A DNA stretch of 15,490 nucleotides from an uncultured Thermoplasmata archaeon. GTDB lineage: Archaea; Thermoplasmatota; Thermoplasmata; RBG-16-68-12. How positions within the stretch are numbered: the first letter of the stretch is position 1; each line of letters begins with the position of its first letter. The stretch covers positions 1 to 15,490 of the forward strand of contig CAVYJM010000005.1 in the NCBI GenBank assembly GCA_963768855.1, given 5' to 3'. The notes below the pieces were generated by a model, which was given only the letters and a program-made list of their open reading frames with translations, was not told the DNA's origin and did no database searches. Positions 6,488 to 13,879 of this stretch are shown here, piece after piece. Both the position numbers and the translations under genes were made by a program.

Positions 6488-7675
6488 ATGCCCGAGGATG
6501 CAACCGACCTGCTGGCCTTCGTGTCCAGCTTCTCCCACTTCGCCGGGCCGAACAACCCCGTCCTCGACCTGGGGAACCATCTGGTCTCGGCGATGGGGGT
6601 CCGGTTCGCCGTCGTCACGACGCGCAACCCGGTGGACCCGGAGTTCGCGCGGCGCGTGAGGTTCCCCGTGTACCGCGACCTCTCCGGTACCTCGAGCTCC
6701 ATGGGTGGACGCCTGCTCCGCGGTCCCACGAACGTCCATCGTGCGAGGGCTTCCCTGGCTCAACACCGGCCCAGGCGGACAATCGTCTTCTCGAGCCTGG
6801 ACACCGCGTTCGAGGTGTCGCGAGCGGCGCGAGGTCCCGTCCTCCTGGGGTACAACGTCCTCGGCAACATCCCCCACGGGTCGTGGGGGCGGCGATTCGG
6901 TCTACGGTATTGGCGTCCGGCGAGCTGGCGCAACCCGGTGTACGAGGGTCTCGACCGCCTCGCTGCACGAACCGTCGTCTCGGGCATCCTCGCGCACAGC
7001 CGCTACCAGGAGAGCCTGTACCGAGCGATGGGGATCCCTGCCGAACGGATCCGCGTCGTGCCCCACACCATCGACTTCGCGCGGCTGGATGCGGAGGCGG
7101 CCACTGCTCCCCCGGGTCCGTCGTCCTCCGACGAAGGCCGGCCGACCGTCCTCTTCATCGGACGGCTCGAGCCCGACAAGGGCGTCGTTGAGTTGCTGCG
7201 AGCCGCCGAGCTCGCCTCGAGGGAGGTGCCGCTCACGTTGCAGATCATCGGCACGGGCCGGCTCGCCCGCGCGGTCGCCGAGGCCCGGGCGCGTGCGCCC
7301 TCCACGCTCCGGGTCGAGACGTCGCACGACGTTCCCGTGACGGAGCTCCTGGGGCGGATTCGAGCTGCCGCCGTCGTCGTGATGCCCTCCTGGGTCGAGT
7401 TGTTCGGGATGGTCGCCCTCGAGGCGATGGGGCTCGGGAGGCCCTTGATGGCTTCCCGCCACGGTGGGGTCTCCGAGATCATCCGGGACGGCGTGGACGG
7501 GTTGCTCATCGAGCCGTTCGACACGGACGGGTTCGCGGCGTCCCTGCGTAGGGTGCTTGGAGACCCCGCGCTGCGCGAGCGACTCGGAAACCGAGCTCGA
7601 GAGCGGGTCGCGGCGGAGTACGAAGTCCATGTCGTGGCCCCCCGGTTCCTTCGGGCCTTGGAGGAATTGGCGTGA
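6488..7675 (+). CDS. GT4 glycosyltransferase (~395 aa)
   Basis: VLFIGRLEPDKG, MPSWVELFGMVALEAMGLG (EX7E) and HGGVSEIIRDGVDGLL. Start trimmed from 6404 to ATG 6488 (MPEDATDLLAFVSSF...), which directly precedes the first beta-strand. The stop overlaps the next GTG (GTGA). Confidence 0.9.
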   Translation: MPEDATDLLAFVSSFSHFAGPNNPVLDLGNHLVSAMGVRFAVVTTRNPVDPEFARRVRFPVYRDLSGTSSSMGGRLLRGPTNVHRARASLAQHRPRRTIVFSSLDTAFEVSRAARGPVLLGYNVLGNIPHGSWGRRFGLRYWRPASWRNPVYEGLDRLAARTVVSGILAHSRYQESLYRAMGIPAERIRVVPHTIDFARLDAEAATAPPGPSSSDEGRPTVLFIGRLEPDKGVVELLRAAELASREVPLTLQIIGTGRLARAVAEARARAPSTLRVETSHDVPVTELLGRIRAAAVVVMPSWVELFGMVALEAMGLGRPLMASRHGGVSEIIRDGVDGLLIEPFDTDGFAASLRRVLGDPALRERLGNRARERVAAEYEVHVVAPRFLRALEELA

Positions 7676-9690
7676 AGCCCCTGCGGCCGGAGGCGGTGAC
7701 CGCCGCGCTGAGTCTGGCGGTGTGCCTCGCCTTCCTCGGCTCGCTGGCCACCCCAGGCTTCGGAATTGTCCGCGCCCTCGCAGGGGCGCTGATCCTCACG
7801 TACCTCTCGGGTCTCTCGATCCGAGCGTTCCTCCGAGTCGCCTTCCCGCCGAAGGTATCTCGCCCCCTGTGGACTCCCGCGGGGATCGCCTTGGACTTCA
7901 TCACGAGCTTCGCGCTCCTGGTCATCCTGTCCATGGCGCTCGCCCTCACTTTCCTCTTCTGGGCGTCCACGCTGACCGGCCTGGTCGTCGCTCCCTGTAT
8001 GGCGCTCGATGTCGGGACGATCGTGTGCTCGAGGCTCCGTCCTGCGGCGACCTCGACGCACCGGCCTTCTCGCGGAATACCCGTTGCGGTCGCGGCCCTC
8101 GTCGGCGCCTCGGGAATCCTTTTCGTCCTGTTCCGGTGGCCCAACCCGTACCCGTCGATCAGCGGGTGGGACCTGAACCCGGCTCTGGCCTCGGTCGGCT
8201 GGACCCTCAATCATCACGGGTTTGGCTTCGTCCTCTGGCCTCCGTTCCCCGCTTCGGCGCTCGTCCCGTACCCCGCCTCCTTCAACGACTTCATCGCGGG
8301 CTACAGCCTCGTCCTCGGAGTCGACCCTCTCTCCATCTTCTACTACGGCGTCCTCGTACTGCTCCTAGCCTACAGTCTCGGCTTCTTCGCGATCGCGTAC
8401 CGCCTTTCGAGCCGCGTGGATTCCGCGCTTCTCGCGACCTTGGCGATCCTGTATATAGGGACCGCCCTCCCGGAGACGGTCCGGACCCCGCTCTTCGTCA
8501 CGATCGACATGCTCGGCCAGCTCGTCTTCCTCGGCCTCTTCCTCTTCTTCCTTGACGATGAGGGGAGCCTGGGCCGGCGCCGCGCGATCCTCCTGCTCGG
8601 CTCCGTGTTCCTCGTGTACTGGTACTTCTACGAGCTCGTCGTAGTGACCCCGTTCCTCGCGTTCATGCTGGGCGGCTCGTTGCGGTCGGCCCACGCCCAG
8701 CGTCCGGTCCGTTGGTTCCGGGGGACCCTGGTGATCGTCCTCCTCGGGGTCGTCGGCGTCTCACTCGCCGCGACGGTGTTCGTGCCGTCCCTGGAAGCAA
8801 ACCTGTCCGCGGGCTTCCAGTTCGTGCCCAAGGTCTTCGCCCTCGTGGTGATGTACTCACCCGTCGCGCTCGTCCTTGGGTTCCTCGTCGTGTTCAATCG
8901 AGCGCACGTCCCGGAGGACCCCCCGGTGAGGGGATTCCGCGCACGGTACCTCCTCGAGTACGTTTGCGTGTACCTGATCATCTACCTGCTACCCCTCTCG
9001 GCGACCTACCGAGTCGAGTTCTACCTCCGGGCCGCCTTGGCGTTCTACCTCGCCTCGCTCCGCTTTCCCACGACGCGGGAAATGCGCGAAGCGTTCCGCG
9101 CGGTCCGCGCTCTGCTCGCGCGGCGGCGGGCCCCCCGTCCGTGGCACCCTCTTGCGCTCCAGCGTCTCGCGGCGCTCGCGGTACTCGCACTCGTGGTGTT
9201 CATGGCGGTCCTCCTGCCGTTCCAGGTCACTCAGCCGGAGCCCCACATGTCCGTGGACGAGTACCACGCCTCGGTCTGGATTCGGGACCACACCCCGGCG
9301 GACGCGTACATCGTGACGGATCCCGGGACCGGGTACGTCATCCGCGGTTTGTCGCTGCGCAATGCGTCGCTCTCCTTCCTGCTTCCGGATGGACGCGCCC
9401 CCGATGATTCGTCTCCCCTGTATTCTTACTTGCGGACGTCTCTGCACTCCATTTTCGATTCCTACTTCACCGCGCAGGCCCAGGCCCAGATCCTCGTCCT
9501 CGACTTCCCGCACGTCTACGTTGTGATCAGCACGCGGACGGTCCTCTGGGCGAGCACTCCGGCCGTATCCATCTTCGACCATCCGATCCCGGACCTGTCC
9601 CCCGCGAGCCTCCTGCCGGTCTTCGCGCCCCCCGCGTTCCAGCCCCTCTTCGTGTCGCCGACGGTGGTCGTCCTGAGCGTCAGCACGTGA
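7672..9690 (+). CDS. Polytopic membrane protein (672 aa), GT-C fold / STT3-AglB-like architecture
   Basis: About 15 hydrophobic segments. The first large loop has SGWD (8161-8172) followed by YPASFNDFIAGYSLVLGVDP. The soluble C-terminal domain begins DEYHASVWIRDHTPADAYIVTDPGTGYVI, which aligns with the AglB 'AL.WLR.NTP.DA.V.SWWDYG.WI' region but lacks WWDYG. SD GGAGG at 7660-7664; GTGA coupling to the upstream GT4. Confidence 0.8.
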   Translation: MKPLRPEAVTAALSLAVCLAFLGSLATPGFGIVRALAGALILTYLSGLSIRAFLRVAFPPKVSRPLWTPAGIALDFITSFALLVILSMALALTFLFWASTLTGLVVAPCMALDVGTIVCSRLRPAATSTHRPSRGIPVAVAALVGASGILFVLFRWPNPYPSISGWDLNPALASVGWTLNHHGFGFVLWPPFPASALVPYPASFNDFIAGYSLVLGVDPLSIFYYGVLVLLLAYSLGFFAIAYRLSSRVDSALLATLAILYIGTALPETVRTPLFVTIDMLGQLVFLGLFLFFLDDEGSLGRRRAILLLGSVFLVYWYFYELVVVTPFLAFMLGGSLRSAHAQRPVRWFRGTLVIVLLGVVGVSLAATVFVPSLEANLSAGFQFVPKVFALVVMYSPVALVLGFLVVFNRAHVPEDPPVRGFRARYLLEYVCVYLIIYLLPLSATYRVEFYLRAALAFYLASLRFPTTREMREAFRAVRALLARRRAPRPWHPLALQRLAALAVLALVVFMAVLLPFQVTQPEPHMSVDEYHASVWIRDHTPADAYIVTDPGTGYVIRGLSLRNASLSFLLPDGRAPDDSSPLYSYLRTSLHSIFDSYFTAQAQAQILVLDFPHVYVVISTRTVLWASTPAVSIFDHPIPDLSPASLLPVFAPPAFQPLFVSPTVVVLSVST

Positions 9691-9726
9691 CGGACCCGAA
9701 CCGCATCGCGCGGGCCCGAGGCCGGT

Positions 9727-10857
9727 TCACACGAGGTTCTCGTACAGGTTCTCGGTCAGCTGCCCGATGCGCGCCCAGCTGTACGAATCCTCGATGAGGC
9801 GGCGTCCCGCGGCACCCATCCGGCGCCTCATCCCTTCGTCCCTGAGGAGGGCGACGACCCTCTCGGCGAACGCGGCGAAGTCGTGGGCGGGGCGCAGGAA
9901 TCCGGTCTTGCCCTCGATGACGACCTCGGACGTCCCCCCCGTGTCCGCGGCGACCACCGGGACGCCGCAGGCCAGGGCCTCGAGGCACACGGTCGGCAGT
10001 CCCTCGATGAACGACGGGAGGACGAGGACGGAGGTCGATCGGAGAATGTCCGCCACGCGGCTGTGTTCGACCTCGCCGATGAACCGCACGTTGCCGTTGA
10101 GGTCCGCCGCGGCGGCCCGCATTCCACCCAGCATCGAGCCCGTCCCGACGACCTGAAAGATCGCTTCGGGAACCTCGCGCCGCACGAGGCGCGCGATGTC
10201 GAGGAAGGAGCCTGCGCCCTTCCACTGCTCGAGCCGGCCCACGTACGTGACGACGGGTGGGTCCGGCGCGTCTCCGTCGCGGGGCCGGAATTCCTCCGGA
10301 TCCACCGCGTTCGGAATCAGGTGGAGCTTGTCCTCTTCCACGTCGAAGACCTCGCGGCACTGCCGCAGGTCGAACTCGGAGACCGCCGCGATCGCGTCCG
10401 CGCTCTCGATCGTCCAGCGGCCGAGGGTGCGGTCGTAGAGCTTCTCCTTGAGGTAGAGCGCCGACGAGGTCTTGCGGTCCATCTCGGCGTATCGCGAGTA
10501 GGTCGCGCCGTGGATGTGGAGGACGAACGGTCTGCCCGTGATGCGGGATACGAGGGCGGCCTGGTTCGAAGTCGTGTAGACGTACGAATGCGCGTGCAGA
10601 ACGTCCGCGTCGCTCTTGGCCAGCTCACGCGTCAGGAACGTGAGCGGGTTGACGCCGAACATCAGGCCGTAGCAGCGGGTGGTGTGGATCGGAATGTGGT
10701 CGCCCATGAACTTGCGGTGGCCGTTCGGCGGGAAGTTCGGAGCGTAGAAATCGACGTCGTGGCCCCGCTTCTCGAGTTCGACCGCGAGGTTCGAGGAGTA
10801 GACCACCGAGCCGCCCGGCCGCTCGGGAAGGAACGGGGCGATTTGGGCGATTTTCAT
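9727..10857 (-). CDS. GT4 glycosyltransferase (376 aa)
   Basis: MKIAQIAPFLPERPGGSVVYSSNLAVELEKRGHDV, DVLHAHS, IPNAVD, YVGRLEQWKG and LPSFIEGLPTVCLEALACGVPVV (EX7E). Confidence 0.95.
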   Translation of the reverse strand: MKIAQIAPFLPERPGGSVVYSSNLAVELEKRGHDVDFYAPNFPPNGHRKFMGDHIPIHTTRCYGLMFGVNPLTFLTRELAKSDADVLHAHSYVYTTSNQAALVSRITGRPFVLHIHGATYSRYAEMDRKTSSALYLKEKLYDRTLGRWTIESADAIAAVSEFDLRQCREVFDVEEDKLHLIPNAVDPEEFRPRDGDAPDPPVVTYVGRLEQWKGAGSFLDIARLVRREVPEAIFQVVGTGSMLGGMRAAAADLNGNVRFIGEVEHSRVADILRSTSVLVLPSFIEGLPTVCLEALACGVPVVAADTGGTSEVVIEGKTGFLRPAHDFAAFAERVVALLRDEGMRRRMGAAGRRLIEDSYSWARIGQLTENLYENLV

Positions 10858-10924
10858 GGTGTGCCTTCTGGGGCCGATGGGGGCCTCGGACGGAGTTCAC
10901 GTGGGACTAGCGTGCGCCGAAGCG

Positions 10925-10937
10925 AACCTTGAAGGTT
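10925..10937. promoter_or_regulatory. Perfect inverted repeat AACCTT-G-AAGGTT, putative operator overlapping a TTCAAG box
   Basis: 6-bp arms with a 1-nt spacer, about 70 nt upstream of ATG 10857 on the minus strand. Confidence 0.4.
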
Positions 10938-11330
10938 GCAGGTCTGAACCCCAGTGTGCGGCACGACGGTAGCACCCCTCACTGTATTATGCATTCAAGT
11001 ACCCCCTAATAAGCCCTCGGATGTGGTATTGGGACCTCCGATTACGCGGGGTTATCTAAGAGTTTCTTGAACAATTATCGAACCAAGCGGATTTTTCTTG
11101 GCGATATCCGGTTTCGAGCCACTCGGAAGAAGACGACACCGGGTCGGAGGTCCCGGCCCGTGTCGACGAGGTCGGGCGAACCACCTGACCGCGATCGCGG
11201 AGTTCCGCTTCGAGGCGGCCTTTCGGGACGCTTCCGATCCGCACGGCCTTACGCTGATCTCGATCCCCGCGGGCACCTTAGGAACGATGTATCGCTGGCG
11301 CGCCGTGTAACGGCGGAATCGCGCCGCGAG

Positions 11331-11337
11331 CTTTATG
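11331..11337 (+). promoter_or_regulatory. TATA-like box CTTTATG for the ABC operon
   Basis: Ends 28 nt before ATG 11366; GGAGG also lies at 11353-11357. Confidence 0.5.
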
Positions 11338-11365
11338 GCGGGACCGCCCTTTGGAGGCCGCGCCC

Positions 11366-12304
11366 ATGATCGAGGTCCGGGGACTCACGAAGGTCTATAC
11401 CCGCGGGCGCGGGCAGGGCGCCAAGGCCTTGGACGGCGCGACCTTCACGGTCCCCGACAAGAGCATCTTCGGGTTCCTCGGGCCGAACGGCGCGGGGAAG
11501 ACGACGACGATCCGGATCCTGGCCACGATCCTCGAGCCGACCGAGGGCACCGCGACGGTCGAGGGCCACGACGTGCGCACGGATCCGCTCGCGGTCAAGG
11601 GCGCGATCGGCTACATGCCCGAATACCCCGGCTACTATCCCACGATGACCGCGGAGGAGCACCTCGATTACTGGGGCCGGTTCTACCACATGCCGAAGGC
11701 GGAACGGGCGAAGCGAGGCAAGGAGCTCCTCGACCTCGTCGGCCTGGGCCAGGAGCGCGCGAAGAAGGTGAAGGCCTACAGCCACGGGATGCTCAAACGC
11801 CTCGGCCTGGCGCAGGCGCTCCTTCATGACCCGCGCGTCCTGATCCTGGACGAACCCGCGGGCGGGCTCGACCCGTACGGGATCATCTTCTTCCGCAAGC
11901 TGATGAAGGACCTGAATCGCGAGGGGAAGACGATCCTCCTCGCCTCCCACATCCTCTCCGAGGTCGCCCAGACCTGCACCCACGTCGGCGTGATCGACAA
12001 GGGGAAGATCGTCGCGGTCGACACGACCGAGGCGCTCCTGTCCCGCATCGGCGGCGGAGGCGTGCGCTGCCTGATCGAGGCGCCGAGCGTCCCGGACGCG
12101 GCCCTGCGCGGCCTCCTCGACATCAGCCACGTGAAGGATGTGGTTCGCACGGACTGGGGCCTCATCGTCACGATGGACAAGGACGCCCGGGCCGCGGTCA
12201 ATGCGTTCCTCGTCGGCCTCGGCGTGCCCGTGGTGGGCGTGAAGCTCGCGGAGGTCACGCTCGAAGACGCCTTCCTCTCGCTCACGGGAGGCGGGCCGAC
12301 GTGA
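11366..12304 (+). CDS. ABC-2-type exporter ATP-binding subunit (~312 aa)
   Basis: Walker A GPNGAGKT, signature YSHGM, Walker B ILDE, H-loop ASH, and a C-terminal extension ending LEDAFLSLT typical of ABC-2/DrrA-like NBDs. Start trimmed from TTG 11351 to ATG 11366 (MIEVRGLTK). Confidence 0.95.
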   Translation: MIEVRGLTKVYTRGRGQGAKALDGATFTVPDKSIFGFLGPNGAGKTTTIRILATILEPTEGTATVEGHDVRTDPLAVKGAIGYMPEYPGYYPTMTAEEHLDYWGRFYHMPKAERAKRGKELLDLVGLGQERAKKVKAYSHGMLKRLGLAQALLHDPRVLILDEPAGGLDPYGIIFFRKLMKDLNREGKTILLASHILSEVAQTCTHVGVIDKGKIVAVDTTEALLSRIGGGGVRCLIEAPSVPDAALRGLLDISHVKDVVRTDWGLIVTMDKDARAAVNAFLVGLGVPVVGVKLAEVTLEDAFLSLTGGGPT

Positions 12305-13734
12305 GCTTCGACCCGCGGGACGTGTTCCGCGGATCGCTCATCGTCGCGGGGCGCGACCTGCGCTCGAACGCGCGCGGGCTCAAGGTCTGGATCATCTCGG
12401 GGCTCACCCTCCTGGCGATCCTCGGAGCGGCGTTCGGGATCGGCGGGCTCACGTCACAGGGACCGTCCATCGCCACCCAGTACATCCTCTGGGGGTCGGC
12501 CTACTGGACCGCGAACAACTCCACGACAGGCATCGTGGTCTGGGTCAGCGACTACCTCGGGTCACCCCGGGCCGGGCAGACCGTCGTGTTGGGGGAGCCG
12601 TTCTCGCTGGGGCAGTTCAATTCGACCTTCGTCGAACGCGCCATGATCGCGACGAACGCAACGGGATGGGCCCAGTTTTCGAACCTGACCGCGGGAAAAG
12701 TCTGGCCCGTGCGGATCACCGCGGGCGTCCTGACCTTCACCGACGGCTTCGTGATCCCGTCCCAGCGACCCACACAGAACCTGTCCGTGACGGTCAAACG
12801 GTTCGATCTCCTCGGGGACGGAGCCGCGCGGGACGTGAGCATCCACGCCATGTGGGCAAACGGGACACCCGCAGAGGGTGCGCAGGTGGCGGTCAACGGG
12901 ACCGCCGTCGGCACAACGGACCGCAATGGATTCCTCTACCACCGACTCGACGACGGGACGTGGGGACTCACGGTCGCCCTCCGCGGGGAGACCTTCCCTG
13001 ATACCGAGGTGGTCCAGCGGTCCCCGCTCGCGATCCTCCCGTTCTTCCAGGGGCCGGACGCGCTCTTGCTGTTCTTGGGGGTCGCGCTGATGGGCCTGTT
13101 CGCGCCGATCATCGCGATCGCCATGTCCTACGACGCGGTCGCAAAGGAGCGGATGCAGGGCAGCCTTGAGCTCCTCCTCGCGCGCCCCGCCTCCCGAGCG
13201 GGAATCGCGATCGGGAAGTTCATCGGGTCGTTCCTCTCCGTCGGACTCCCGATGCTCGGCGTCCTGCTCGGAGCCGTGGTCGGCGTCGCGGGGGTTTCGG
13301 GGAGGTGGCCCGACGTGGTCTTCGTCGCCGCCTTCGTCGTCGGGACCCTGGGCCTGATCGCGGTCTACGTGCTCATCATGCAGATCTTCTCGACCCTCGC
13401 AAAGTCCGCGGGCACGGCGATCCTCTCAGCCCTCGTCGTCTGGATCGTGTTCAACATCGTGTGGAACCTCGTGTTCCTCGCGGTGGAGTCGGCCTTCCGG
13501 ATCGAGGGCGGGACGCCTGCGGCCTTCACGCTCAGCACGATCACGACCCTGTTCAACCCGAACGGCGTGTACCAGCTCATGGTCACCACGTTCGTGCCCG
13601 CGTCCGCGCTGGGGCTCTTCGGCACGACGGGAGGTGGGAGCCTGCCGGACTGGGCCGGACCGGTCGCCATGGTCGTCTGGATTGCCGTCCTGCTCGTCCT
13701 CGCCGTCCTCGTGTTCCGCAAGCGGATCGTCTGA
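12301..13734 (+). CDS. ABC-2-type permease (NosY/ABC2_membrane_2-like) with a ~190-aa extracellular beta-rich insertion (477 aa)
   Basis: TM1, a large loop, then SYDAVAKERMQGSLELLLARPASRAGIAIGKFIG (the classic ABC-2 permease motif) and 5 further TMs. GTGA overlap with the ATPase stop. Confidence 0.9.
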   Translation: MSFDPRDVFRGSLIVAGRDLRSNARGLKVWIISGLTLLAILGAAFGIGGLTSQGPSIATQYILWGSAYWTANNSTTGIVVWVSDYLGSPRAGQTVVLGEPFSLGQFNSTFVERAMIATNATGWAQFSNLTAGKVWPVRITAGVLTFTDGFVIPSQRPTQNLSVTVKRFDLLGDGAARDVSIHAMWANGTPAEGAQVAVNGTAVGTTDRNGFLYHRLDDGTWGLTVALRGETFPDTEVVQRSPLAILPFFQGPDALLLFLGVALMGLFAPIIAIAMSYDAVAKERMQGSLELLLARPASRAGIAIGKFIGSFLSVGLPMLGVLLGAVVGVAGVSGRWPDVVFVAAFVVGTLGLIAVYVLIMQIFSTLAKSAGTAILSALVVWIVFNIVWNLVFLAVESAFRIEGGTPAAFTLSTITTLFNPNGVYQLMVTTFVPASALGLFGTTGGGSLPDWAGPVAMVVWIAVLLVLAVLVFRKRIV

Positions 13735-13790
13735 GCGACCGCCCGGACCGATGTCGGCCGTCCGACTTCGAGATTCGGGCCTGAATTGGG

Positions 13791-13810
13791 ATTACTATCT
13801 TAATAGTATT
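13791..13810. promoter_or_regulatory. AT-rich inverted repeat TACTAT-CTTA-ATAGTA, putative operator/TATA region for the GT2 gene
   Basis: Perfect 6-bp arms (13793-98 and 13803-08) inside a 20-nt nearly AT-only island. Confidence 0.45.
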
Positions 13811-13853
13811 CTGCCGATTATGGACCTATCGCTTCGTGAAGCGTACAATGACC

Positions 13854-13860
13854 CTTAAGA
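13854..13860 (+). promoter_or_regulatory. Second TATA-like box CTTAAGA upstream of the GT2 gene
   Basis: Lies about 47 nt before ATG 13907 but only about 20 nt before GTG 13880. Confidence 0.35.
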
Positions 13861-13879
13861 AGCACGGAGGCGCAAGTCG

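Noticed and set aside
6284-6877. N-terminal ~200 aa of the 482-aa track ORF 5429..6877
   Set aside because: It overlaps the divergent GT4 gene and has low-complexity composition. Methyltransferase motifs begin only after ATG 6283, which has its own TATA-like box.
11070-11130. tRNA-like words on the minus strand (CCGAGTGG...GGTTCGAT)
   Set aside because: A 4-bp D-like stem forms, but there is no anticodon stem, T-stem or acceptor stem. Not a tRNA.
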